DNA of 64,000 nucleotides from Actinomycetes bacterium (GTDB taxonomy: Bacteria > Actinomycetota > Acidimicrobiia > Acidimicrobiales > Ilumatobacteraceae): contig JANLPV010000110.1 of assembly GCA_031367435.1 (NCBI GenBank), positions 3,561-67,560 of the forward strand, read 5' to 3'. The position numbers and the translations under genes are program-made. Shown in pieces: positions 18,579-27,276 of the stretch (positions are counted from its first letter, which is position 1; each line of letters starts with the position of its first letter). The notes beneath the pieces were generated by a model. That model ran no database searches, was not told where the DNA came from, and saw nothing but the letters and a program-made list of their open reading frames with translations.

Positions 18579-18624
18579 TCACCCTCTCAAGGTAGCGGCA
18601 CGGGTTCGAATCCCGTTGGGGCTG
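18579..18624 (+). pseudogene. tRNA-Glu(CUC)-like 3' fragment (anticodon loop to acceptor 3' strand), not a foldable tRNA
   Basis: The fragment has CCCTCTCAAGG (anticodon-loop-like, CTC) followed by a perfect T-arm (ACGGG-TTCGAAT-CCCGT) and TGGGGCT. No complementary 5' acceptor strand lies upstream, and the anticodon stem is defective. Confidence 0.5.
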
Positions 18625-18659
18625 CTCATTCCGTCTGTATCGGCAACGATTCGATCGTC

Positions 18660-18962
18660 TCAGTCGTTGGGTGACAGGTCGATGGTGATCCAGAAAGCCT
18701 CTACGCCGCCGTCTTCTCCGAGGGTTACGAAAACTGCGATGTGCCTAACGAGGATTCCGCCGCCGATGTAGACCCGCACCTGGGCATCGTCGGTTGGGAG
18801 CGTTTCGGCCTCGAAGTGGCGGGCGAGCTTGTCGCGAATAGGCGGGATGTCGAAGACCAAGAAGTCTGTGACGGAGGGCGTGCCGTCGTCATCTCGTTCC
18901 TCCGGAAGCAGGAGCTCAAGCCGTGCAAAGAAATCCTCCGTGAATCGGACGGACCTATTCAT
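18660..18962 (-). CDS. hypothetical protein, possible ParE/RelE-like toxin
   Basis: The 100-aa ORF has a 4-nt ATGA overlap with the upstream small ORF. Its C-terminal beta-like segment IAVFVTLGEDGGVEAFWITID is reminiscent of ParE/RelE C-termini. This evidence is weak. Confidence 0.35.
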   Translation of the reverse strand: MNRSVRFTEDFFARLELLLPEERDDDGTPSVTDFLVFDIPPIRDKLARHFEAETLPTDDAQVRVYIGGGILVRHIAVFVTLGEDGGVEAFWITIDLSPND

Positions 18963-19144
18963 CCACGATTACGAAGTCGCTCGCCCAGTTCCTTCGCAGT
19001 CGCCAGAACCTCAGACCGGAACGGTTCCGGCACGTCATCCCACGAGCGAATCGTCGCTGAGTCGACGGCGTCGGCGCGTTGCTGCGGCGTCATCTTGTCC
19101 ATCTCGGCAGCGGTGATGATCTTTCGCGGCGTTGGCATGCCCAT
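18959..19144 (-). CDS. hypothetical small protein, possible antitoxin
   Basis: The 61-aa helical, charged ORF is translationally coupled to the 100-aa ORF downstream. Its start is uncertain; the ORF track begins at a TTG at 19204. Confidence 0.3.
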   Translation of the reverse strand: MGMPTPRKIITAAEMDKMTPQQRADAVDSATIRSWDDVPEPFRSEVLATAKELGERLRNRG

Positions 19145-19228
19145 GAGTCTACTTCGCAAGCGCTTCGGCGTGGAGGTTTCTGAGGTTCGAAAGCGATCCC
19201 ACAAGGGCTGCTCAGTTGTCGCCGGCGA

Positions 19229-20161
19229 TCAGGCGAAGGTGCCGCCTGCGGCGAGCCATCGGCTGATTACTTGCTGGGCCTCGCGGGGCGAGTAAACATC
19301 CTCTTCGTAGCTCCACTTTCCGTTGCCTGCGTAGTGAAGGATCGTGTGTACGTCGAAGCCGTAGTAACCCTCGCTGTCACCGGCGGGAGCCGGGAGAATG
19401 TTGGGAATCAGAGCGTTCACTCGGTTGCCTTCGATGAGCGACCACGTAACGGGGAACGTCATTGTTGGGAATGGCTGCATCACGGACGTGATCCAGGCGC
19501 GGATCTGGTCCTGACTCGTGAAGTAGCCGTAATGGTGCTCGCGATACTGCGCGTTTGGCGTGAATTGGTCGGACCATTGATCCCAGTCGCCGGTAGCAAC
19601 CGCGATTTGTCCGCGCTCGCGGTACTTGACGAACTCGGCCTCTATTTCGTCGCGTGGAAAGGCCGGAGTCGGGACGTTCGGGGCCCAACCATCGATGCCT
19701 CGGAGCGTGTGATCCTGCGGCGTGTGTTTGCGCCCGCCTGCCTGTATCCACTCACCGAAGACGCGTTCGGCATCGGCCGGATTATAGAAGTCGGCTTCGA
19801 AGCTGAACTTACCATCGCCGCCGTACTCGAGGAATGTGGTGTTCGGGAAGCCGAATCGTTTGCCAGTACCGGTGGGATCGGGCAGGTTGTTCCAGATGTA
19901 GAACGCGATGCGGTCGCCGTCGATGGCGGCCCACTCGATCCACAGTGTCATCGATGGGTACTCCTTCATCGTTGGCACAATGAAGGATTCGATGGCGGCC
20001 TGCCCTTGGAAAACGCCAAGGTTGTGTTCCTCGTAACGTGCGTCGACGGTGAACATTCTCGCCCACGCTGGCCAATCCTCGTTCTGTACACCGTGCCGCT
20101 GGAACTCGGCCCATCCGGCCTCGACTTCGGCGATTTCGTATTTCCCCATGTCGTCGTGCAT
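19229..20161 (-). CDS. tandem NTF2/SnoaL-like domain protein
   Basis: Two internally homologous halves are visible: W..F..DARYEEH..G.F.G..AI and the matching segment NAQYREHHYGYF. Each half ends in ..W(I/L)(Q/A)AGG. Confidence 0.7.
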   Translation of the reverse strand: MHDDMGKYEIAEVEAGWAEFQRHGVQNEDWPAWARMFTVDARYEEHNLGVFQGQAAIESFIVPTMKEYPSMTLWIEWAAIDGDRIAFYIWNNLPDPTGTGKRFGFPNTTFLEYGGDGKFSFEADFYNPADAERVFGEWIQAGGRKHTPQDHTLRGIDGWAPNVPTPAFPRDEIEAEFVKYRERGQIAVATGDWDQWSDQFTPNAQYREHHYGYFTSQDQIRAWITSVMQPFPTMTFPVTWSLIEGNRVNALIPNILPAPAGDSEGYYGFDVHTILHYAGNGKWSYEEDVYSPREAQQVISRWLAAGGTFA

Positions 20162-20295
20162 CCCTTCTGGAGCGGAGCTGTGCGTTCAGCGATCGAACGT
20201 GCCGCCGGTACGCAAGGCGATCGAAAGCTACCCCACCCGACTGTGTCTCTTCGCGGAATCTGTTGCACCGAGGCGAGGACGTGACAGATTGGTGC

Positions 20296-21459
20296 ATGGA
20301 CTTCACGCCCGACGAGGATCATCTCGCAATCATCGAGGCTGTCGATCGAGCCTGCAGTGGCTTCGACGATCAGTATTGGTCGGACTGCGACACGGAGCAT
20401 CGATTTCCGTGGGACTTCTATCGGGTGATGGCCGAAGGGGGCTGGGTAGGCATCGCGATTCCCGAGGAATATGGCGGTGGCGGACGCGGCATCACCGAGG
20501 CGGCGTTGGTTCTCAACCGCGTTGCGGCGTCGGGCGCGGCCATGAATGGCTCGACTGCATTGCACCTCACCATGTTCGGTCTGAATCCCGTTGTGAAGTT
20601 CGGCAACGAGCGACTGAAGCGCACCTTCCTTCCCCGAGCTGCTTCGGGTGAACTGCATGTTGCCTTCGGGGTTACCGAGCCAGATGCCGGCACCGACACC
20701 GGCCGGATCACCACCCGGGCCGTTGAGGACGGTGCAGGTGGATGGATCATCACGGGTCGCAAGATCTGGACATCGAAAGCGCTCGAGTCCGAAGTGGTGT
20801 TGCTCTTGGTGCGCACCGATCACGATGAAACCAATCGGCTGAACGGGCTCAGTCTTTTTCTTGCCGACCTCGACCCGGCATACGTCGACATTCGTCCGAT
20901 TCCCAAACTCGGCCGCAATGCAGTTGCGTCATGCGAGGTGGCCTACGACAGTCTGCCCGTGGAGGGTTGGCGGCTCGTCGGCGAACGCGGGCGTGGCTTT
21001 CAACACATTCTGCACGGCATCAATCCGGAACGAATCCTGTTGTCGGCAATGGCGTGTGGCATTGGCGAAGTCGCGATTCGTCGAGCGGTGCGATACGCGA
21101 ACGAGCGGATTGTGTTCGACCGACCGATCGGCGCAAATCAAGCGATCGCCCACCCGTTGGCCAAGGCCCATATGGACCTGAGCGCGGCCTATCAGATGAT
21201 GATGCTCGCGGCCTGGCGATACGACAACGATCTGAGCTGCGCAGAACAGGCCAACACCGCCAAGTACCTCGCGGCCGAGGCCAGCTTCTTTGCAGCCGAT
21301 CAAGCGATGCAGACGTTCGGCGGGCTCGGCTACGCAACCGAGTATCACGTCGAGCGATATTGGCGCGAGGCCCGCCTGCAACGGCTCGCACCGGTGAGTC
21401 AGGAGATGACGTGCAACTTCATTGCACAACACGTGCTGGGGTTGCCGCGTAGCTACTGA
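20296..21459 (+). CDS. acyl-CoA dehydrogenase
   Basis: The ACAD architecture is typical: N-terminal helical domain, a GVTEPDAGTD motif and C-terminal QTFGGLGY..E..VERYWREARL. I chose the ATG at 20296. Confidence 0.9.
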   Translation: MDFTPDEDHLAIIEAVDRACSGFDDQYWSDCDTEHRFPWDFYRVMAEGGWVGIAIPEEYGGGGRGITEAALVLNRVAASGAAMNGSTALHLTMFGLNPVVKFGNERLKRTFLPRAASGELHVAFGVTEPDAGTDTGRITTRAVEDGAGGWIITGRKIWTSKALESEVVLLLVRTDHDETNRLNGLSLFLADLDPAYVDIRPIPKLGRNAVASCEVAYDSLPVEGWRLVGERGRGFQHILHGINPERILLSAMACGIGEVAIRRAVRYANERIVFDRPIGANQAIAHPLAKAHMDLSAAYQMMMLAAWRYDNDLSCAEQANTAKYLAAEASFFAADQAMQTFGGLGYATEYHVERYWREARLQRLAPVSQEMTCNFIAQHVLGLPRSY

Positions 21460-21474
21460 TATAGCAGCGTTACA

Positions 21475-22017
21475 TTGGCGTGCGTGGGTCTCACAGTTGC
21501 ATTGCTTCGCGCGGTGAATGTCGGCGCGGCAAACCGTATGCGGATGGATGCGCTGCGCGGGGTGTTCGTGTCCGCTGGCTACGACGATGCGGTTACCTAT
21601 ATCCAGACCGGAAATGTGGTCTTCACATCGACCGACGCTGAGCATGTCATTCGCACCACGATCGAGCGCCAGATCAACACGGAGTTGGGGTTGGCGATCA
21701 CGGCCATCGTCCGTACAGGCGCTCAGATGGCCGACGTTGTTGCGAGCAATCCCTTCGTGACAGACACGGCCGACAGCACACGGTTGTACGTTGGGTTCCT
21801 GACGGGCGAGCCGTCTCGCGATGACATTGCTGCGCTTGAAGTAATGGATTTCGGAGACGATGCCTTCCGTGTGGTCGGTCGAGAGATCTACCTGCGCTAT
21901 GCCGTTCGTTCGAGTCAATCAAAGCTCACGGGCGCTCTCATTGAACGCAAGCTGCGTCAACAGGCGACGGTGCGTAATTGGGCAGTAACGATGAAACTCG
22001 CGGACATGACCCGGTAA
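21475..22017 (+). CDS. DUF1697 family protein
   Basis: The N-terminus LLRAVNVGAANRMRMDALRGVFVSAGYDDAVTYIQTGNVVF matches the characteristic DUF1697 start. The start codon is uncertain (TTG at 21475 or GTG at 21484). Confidence 0.75.
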   Translation: MACVGLTVALLRAVNVGAANRMRMDALRGVFVSAGYDDAVTYIQTGNVVFTSTDAEHVIRTTIERQINTELGLAITAIVRTGAQMADVVASNPFVTDTADSTRLYVGFLTGEPSRDDIAALEVMDFGDDAFRVVGREIYLRYAVRSSQSKLTGALIERKLRQQATVRNWAVTMKLADMTR

Positions 22018-22620
22018 CTACGACTCGGGCGGCACCGGCGACCCGATGAGTTGTCGGAGCGCGTCGACCAACAGCGCGTGTTCGGCGGCATGCACCCGAG
22101 CCTCGAGCGATGCAAGGCTCTCGTTGAGTTCGATTGGCACCTCGATTGTGGCGATTACGGGGCCGTCGTCGACACCTTCATCGGGTACGAAGTGCACCAT
22201 CACGCCAGTGCGCTCAAGGCCAAGGTGCTGATGGGCTTCGAGCGCGTGTTCAATCGCGTGCGTACCTGGAAACTCACCGGGTAGCGCTGGATGCAGGTTG
22301 ATGACTTGGTGTGGATAGCGCGCAAGAAACGCCATCGATAGCAGACGCATCCATCCCGCGAGCACAATGAAGTCGGGGGCGAACTCGGCGACACAATCCG
22401 CGAGGCGGGTGTCGTACTGCTCGCGAGTTTCGTTGGCGATGCGGGCGATCGTGATGCTCGGCACGTCTGCGGCGGCTGCGCGAGTGTGCGCGTACGCGTC
22501 GGCATTGTTCGACATCAGCGCGACCACACGTGCATCGAGGGTGCGGTCTCGGGATGCATCAAGGATGGCCTGTAGGTTGCTGCCGTTTCCTGATGCGAGC
22601 ACGACGATCCGCGCGGTCAC
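22018..22620 (-). CDS. purN: phosphoribosylglycinamide formyltransferase
   Basis: Motifs are RIVVLASGNGSNLQAI, NLHPALPGEFPG and DEGVDDGPVIA. The GTG start overlaps the TGA of the purD::purM gene (GTGA). The longer track ORF (22851) is an upstream extension. Confidence 0.9.
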   Translation of the reverse strand: MTARIVVLASGNGSNLQAILDASRDRTLDARVVALMSNNADAYAHTRAAAADVPSITIARIANETREQYDTRLADCVAEFAPDFIVLAGWMRLLSMAFLARYPHQVINLHPALPGEFPGTHAIEHALEAHQHLGLERTGVMVHFVPDEGVDDGPVIATIEVPIELNESLASLEARVHAAEHALLVDALRQLIGSPVPPES

Positions 22621-24869
22621 TCGAGTCGCACTCGCTTGGTGCCCTCGACGATTGAGCCGATGACGAACGTGGATTCGGGGATAACGCTGCGCAGTTCCTC
22701 GACGCGCGCTTTGTCGACCACGATGACCATGCCGATACCCATGTTGACGGTGCGGTACAGCTCTTCGATCGGTAGCCCTGTGGCGACCTCGCGCACGAGT
22801 TGGAAGAGCGGCGGCATCGGCCATGAGCCCAATGTGATCGAGGCATCGCAATGTGCGGGGAGGATGCGCGGCACGTTATCGATGAGGCCGCCGCCGGTGA
22901 TGTGGGCGAGTCCTTTGATGAGACCGTGATCGCCGAGCGCGCGTTCGAGGGCGCTGAGATAGCTGCGGTGTGGAACAAGTAGCGCCTCGCCGATCGGCCG
23001 GTCGAGCGGTTCGGGTTGCGCATCGAGCGGCAACCAGTCGAACAGCTTGCGCAGAAGCGAGTAGCCGTTCGTGTGCGGGCCAGACGACGCAAGACCGACG
23101 AGCACATTGCCTGGAGCGATGTTGGCGAGTGGCAGCAGACGATCGCGTTCGACCACACCCACGAGGGTTCCTGCGACGTCGAACGCGCCGGGCATGTACA
23201 CGCCTGGCATCTCCGCAGTCTCTCCGCCGAGCAGCACACAGCCAGCAGCGGCGCACGCCGTGGACATGCCATTGACGACGGCCGCGACCTGCTCAGCACG
23301 AATCTCTGACGACGCGAAGTAATCGAGAAAGAACAATGGCCGCGCCCCCTGTACGAGCACATCGTTGATGCAGTGGTTGACGATGTCCTGGCCTGGTACG
23401 TCGTAGCGGCCGGCGCGCGCGGCGAGCTCAACCTTGGTGCCCACACCATCGGTGGAGGCAACGAGCACAGGATTCTTCATCGTCATGATGTCGGTGAGAT
23501 CGAAGGTGCCGCCAAATGCACCAATGCCGCCAAGGACAGAACTGGTGTGGGTTCGTTCGACGCTTGCTTTCAATTGATCGACGGCACGCGTACCTTCGTC
23601 GATGTCGACGCCAGCTGCGGCGTACGACGTGAGCATGGCTCCGTGAGCGCGCCAGCCAATATCGCCTCGATAGCGAGAGTTGGCCGGGGCCACAGCGTGG
23701 ACGAGCGCATATGCGGCGGTGCGAGCCTGGACGAGCGACGGTGCGAGGCCGACACTGGTGTACTCGCGGCCGCGTGCGGAGCCGCGAAAGAGCAGCTGCG
23801 TATCGTTGGGCGTCGGGGCGACTTTGAGCGGACCCAACGCGGGGCCTGGCGACGGGTAGTTGGGTGCGGCGATTACCACGCCGACAGCGAACGAGTCGCG
23901 GGTGACGATCGGTGTGTCGGCGAGCCTGCCCTCGCATGACGCCAAGGTGATGTCGACAAGGTCGGAATCGATGAGCGGAATGAGTACCTGCGCTTCGGGG
24001 TCTCCGAAACGACAGTTGAACTCGAGCAACTTAGGCCCGTCGCTCGTGAGCATCAGACCGGCGTAAAGCATGCCGACGTACGGCGTGCCGCGCTCACGCA
24101 TGTAGTCGACAACGGGCTGTATGAACTGCGCCGTCAATGCATCGATGTCGTAGGGCACGGGGGCCGGAGCGTATGCGCCCATTCCGCCGGTGTTGGGCCC
24201 GGTGTCGCCCTCACCGAGTCGTTTGTGATCTTGGGCGAACGGCAATGGGCGGGCCGTGTGGCCGTCGCAGAAGGCCAACAACGAGCATTCGGGGCCGCGA
24301 AGGCGTTGCTCGAGCACGACGGGGCCCGTGGTGAAAAATGAGCGTATGGCAGCCTCGCAGCTGTCGTCGTCGAGGGGGACGACAACACCTTTGCCCCCGG
24401 CGAGGCCAGCCTGTTTCACGACGATCTTGTCGCCGAGGTTTTTCCACCAGGCAATGGCAGCGTCGATCTCGGTGTGCGATTCGAACGCGGCCCACGCCGG
24501 CGAGGGCAGCTGTAACTCGGCAGCAACTTGGCGAGTAAACGACTTGGACCATTCGAGCTGCGATGCGGCGCGGGTGGGACCGAAGACGGAGACTCCAGCA
24601 GCGAGCAGTTGATCGGCCAGTCCAGCGGCGAGGGAGATCTCGGGTCCAACGATGACCAAGCCAATTGAGCGCTCGGTGGCAAACGCGGTGAGTGCCGCGA
24701 CGTCGTCGGCAGCGATGTCGACGCGTTGGCCCGGTGTGGCGTCGTTACCGGGGGCGACGAACAACGTGGCGCAAAGTGGCGAACGTCGCACGGCCCACGC
24801 GAGCGCATGTTCGCGCGCGCCGCCGCCCACGATCAGAATGTCGAGGGGTGAGCGTGTGGCTTCGCTCAT
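22617..24869 (-). CDS. purD-purM: fused phosphoribosylamine-glycine ligase / phosphoribosylformylglycinamidine cyclo-ligase (GARS-AIRS)
   Basis: The N-terminal half is PurD-like (ILIVGGGAREHALAWA..., ATP-grasp). The junction reads ...YRGDIGWRAHGAMLTSYAAAGVDIDEGTRAV. The C-terminal half is PurM-like (GGIGAFGG, STDGVGTK, HITGGG). It is a single uninterrupted 750-aa frame. Confidence 0.9.
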   Translation of the reverse strand: MSEATRSPLDILIVGGGAREHALAWAVRRSPLCATLFVAPGNDATPGQRVDIAADDVAALTAFATERSIGLVIVGPEISLAAGLADQLLAAGVSVFGPTRAASQLEWSKSFTRQVAAELQLPSPAWAAFESHTEIDAAIAWWKNLGDKIVVKQAGLAGGKGVVVPLDDDSCEAAIRSFFTTGPVVLEQRLRGPECSLLAFCDGHTARPLPFAQDHKRLGEGDTGPNTGGMGAYAPAPVPYDIDALTAQFIQPVVDYMRERGTPYVGMLYAGLMLTSDGPKLLEFNCRFGDPEAQVLIPLIDSDLVDITLASCEGRLADTPIVTRDSFAVGVVIAAPNYPSPGPALGPLKVAPTPNDTQLLFRGSARGREYTSVGLAPSLVQARTAAYALVHAVAPANSRYRGDIGWRAHGAMLTSYAAAGVDIDEGTRAVDQLKASVERTHTSSVLGGIGAFGGTFDLTDIMTMKNPVLVASTDGVGTKVELAARAGRYDVPGQDIVNHCINDVLVQGARPLFFLDYFASSEIRAEQVAAVVNGMSTACAAAGCVLLGGETAEMPGVYMPGAFDVAGTLVGVVERDRLLPLANIAPGNVLVGLASSGPHTNGYSLLRKLFDWLPLDAQPEPLDRPIGEALLVPHRSYLSALERALGDHGLIKGLAHITGGGLIDNVPRILPAHCDASITLGSWPMPPLFQLVREVATGLPIEELYRTVNMGIGMVIVVDKARVEELRSVIPESTFVIGSIVEGTKRVRLE

Positions 24870-26326
24870 GCAAGAACGCCCTCGAACTTGAGTTTGCCTT
24901 GTGCATCGCCGACGCTGATGGGGTAGCGACCCGTGAAGCACGCGTTGCAGTAGCCCGACTCGCGGTCGATGGCGCGCATCATCCGGTCGAGCGACAGGAA
25001 CGCCAGTGAATCGGCGCCGATGTGCGCGCGAATCTCTTCAACTGACTTCTGCGCGGCGATCAACTCGTTGTCGTGGCCCATATCGACACCGAAGTGGCAG
25101 GCGTGCGTGATGGGGGGACACGTGATGCGCATGTGCACTTCGCGTGCGCCAGCCTCACGCAGCAACGTCACAAGCGGACCCGCGGTTGTACCGCGTACCA
25201 ACGAGTCGTCAATGAGCACCACACGTTGACCGGCAAGGTTTGCGCTGAGTGCATTGAACTTCATCGCCACACCGCGCTCGCGCATTGCCTGGGTGGGCTC
25301 TATAAACGTACGACCGATATAGCGATTCTTGATCAGGCCGTCGTTGTAGGGAATACCGCTGCGACGGGAGTAACCGATAGCGGCTGGGATGGATGAGTCG
25401 GGCACTGGTACAACCACATCGGCATCCGCGCCCCACTCGTCGGCCAGTTCCTCACCCAATCGCTGACGCACCTGATGCACGCTGCGCGAGTCCCACTCAC
25501 TGTCAGGGCGGCTGAAGTACACGAACTCGAACGAGCACAGCGCACGTTGCGCAGCGGGCGCAACGGCTTGGCGGCGGTGGATCTCGGCGCCCATCAGTGT
25601 GACGATCTCGCCGGGCTCGACCTCGCTGATCTCCACACAACCAAGCGTCGTGAGGGCGCACGTTTCGGAGGCAACGGCGTAGCCGCCGCGTGGGAGACGC
25701 CCGACCGACAGCGGCCGGAAACCCCACGGGTCGCGCACGGCCAAGACTCGATCGTTGGCAAGGATCACCATCGAATAGGCGCCCTTCCAAGCCGGCATCG
25801 TGCGTTCGATGCGTTCTTCCCAGGTGCGACCACCGGCGGCGGCGAGCATGAGGGTGAACACCTCGGTGTCGCTGGTAGCGGTGAGACCGAAGCCGCGACT
25901 GAGCAGTTCGTCGCGGAGGTCGGTCGCGTTGACAAGGTTGCCGTTATGCGCGACTGCGAGTGTGCCGTGCATGGTCTCCACAAGAAACGGTTGGATGTTG
26001 CGCAGACTCGAACTGCCTGTGGTGCTGTAGCGCGTATGTCCGATGGCGTGATAGCCCGCGAGGGGTGCGAGAGCCTCGGGAGTGAACACGGTTGAGACGA
26101 GGCCCGCGTCCTTATGAACGCGTGCGCGCTGGCCGTCGCTCACCGCAATGCCAGCAGCCTCCTGGCCGCGGTGTTGCAGCGCGAACAAACCGAAGAAGGC
26201 AAGTTGCGCGACGCCCTCACCGTGTGGAGTGGAGATCCCGAGAACACCGCATTCATCCTTGGGTGAGTCGTCATCGGCGAGCGCGGGGTGGATCATGACG
26301 GTGTGCGGAATGGATCGGTGGTTCAT
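24866..26326 (-). CDS. purF: amidophosphoribosyltransferase
   Basis: A propeptide is followed by CGVLGI (the Ntn Cys), with a PRTase motif region and a C-terminal cysteine cluster. The ATG at 26326 overlaps the purC stop (ATGA). Confidence 0.92.
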   Translation of the reverse strand: MNHRSIPHTVMIHPALADDDSPKDECGVLGISTPHGEGVAQLAFFGLFALQHRGQEAAGIAVSDGQRARVHKDAGLVSTVFTPEALAPLAGYHAIGHTRYSTTGSSSLRNIQPFLVETMHGTLAVAHNGNLVNATDLRDELLSRGFGLTATSDTEVFTLMLAAAGGRTWEERIERTMPAWKGAYSMVILANDRVLAVRDPWGFRPLSVGRLPRGGYAVASETCALTTLGCVEISEVEPGEIVTLMGAEIHRRQAVAPAAQRALCSFEFVYFSRPDSEWDSRSVHQVRQRLGEELADEWGADADVVVPVPDSSIPAAIGYSRRSGIPYNDGLIKNRYIGRTFIEPTQAMRERGVAMKFNALSANLAGQRVVLIDDSLVRGTTAGPLVTLLREAGAREVHMRITCPPITHACHFGVDMGHDNELIAAQKSVEEIRAHIGADSLAFLSLDRMMRAIDRESGYCNACFTGRYPISVGDAQGKLKFEGVLA

Positions 26327-27276
26327 AGCACTCCTGCTCGATGCAGCGCTTCGATGAGCCGTGGCTCGACGGGATAGCTGCCAGGTTGAAAGGGACGACA
26401 TGTGAGCCGTTCGAAGGCATTGATGTAGCGCGCGCTGGTTTCGGCCACCACGACGGGGCCGAGATCGGGTGACGGACCGTTTCCGGCGTAACCAGCGGCG
26501 ATGAGGGCTCGACGGATTGGTTCTTTGTCGAGGCTCTCGGGATCTTCGTCGTGCTGCAAGCGCTCATCGTAGGTTGCTGCGACCCAGAAGCGCGACGAGT
26601 CGGGCGTATGCATCTCGTCGATCAGGATCAGTTCGCCCTGCGGATCGAGGCCGAACTCGTACTTGGTGTCGGCCAAGATGAGTCCTGCCGCGGCTGCCAC
26701 CTGCTGGCCGCGTGCGAAGAGTTCGAGCGCAGCTCGCTCGACTCGCTCCCAGACCTTGGCGGGCACATGGCCACCGGCGACAACCTCGGCACAGGTAATC
26801 GGTTCGTCGTGCGCGCCCGCATGGGCTTTGGTGGTGGGCGTGATCAGCGCAGTGTCGAGCGCCTGGTGTTGGCGAAGGCCTTCAGCAAACTGGTAGCCGT
26901 AGATGGACCGCTCGCCCTGGCCGTAGCGGTGCCACAGCGACGTGGAAGTGACGCCAGTGATGTAGCCGCGTACGACGACTTCCACTGGCAACGGCGTGGC
27001 CTCGACACCGATGGTGACATTGGGGTCAGGCACACCGCGCACGTGATTGGCGATGATGTCGGCGGTGTTCGAAAACCACCATGCTGCAAGTTCGTTGAGC
27101 ACCTGACCCTTGTATGGCACCGCGGCCACCACACGATCGAACGCCGACAGCCGATCGGTGGTGACAAAGAGTCGCTCGGATTCGGGTAGCGCATACGAGA
27201 TGCGAACCTTGCCGACGCGTCGGTCGGCAAGTTCGAGATTGATGTCGGTGAACGGCGACGGAAGTGTTGTACTCAT
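26323..27276 (-). CDS. purC: phosphoribosylaminoimidazole-succinocarboxamide synthase
   Basis: This is the long-type SAICAR synthetase, with GKVRISY, TDRLSAFD and LILADTKYEFG. Confidence 0.92.
   Translation of the reverse strand: MSTTLPSPFTDINLELADRRVGKVRISYALPESERLFVTTDRLSAFDRVVAAVPYKGQVLNELAAWWFSNTADIIANHVRGVPDPNVTIGVEATPLPVEVVVRGYITGVTSTSLWHRYGQGERSIYGYQFAEGLRQHQALDTALITPTTKAHAGAHDEPITCAEVVAGGHVPAKVWERVERAALELFARGQQVAAAAGLILADTKYEFGLDPQGELILIDEMHTPDSSRFWVAATYDERLQHDEDPESLDKEPIRRALIAAGYAGNGPSPDLGPVVVAETSARYINAFERLTCRPFQPGSYPVEPRLIEALHRAGVL

Noticed and set aside
18548-18624. A complete functional tRNA around the GGTTCGAATCC T-loop.
   Set aside because: No 5' acceptor strand complementary to TGGGGCT exists upstream. 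The D-arm cannot be formed, and the anticodon stem lacks part of its 3' strand. I kept it only as a tRNA-derived fragment.
22621-22851. Several track ORFs have long N-terminal extensions: purN to 22851, purD::M to 24941, purF to 26401, the enolase-family gene to 32274, LLM to 33289, amidase to 36594, the response regulator to 57096 and DUF2752 to 44814.
   Set aside because: The extensions overlap the preceding gene and are compositionally non-protein-like. Internal ATG/GTG starts sit exactly at stop/start overlaps or after SD sequences, so I used the shorter models.
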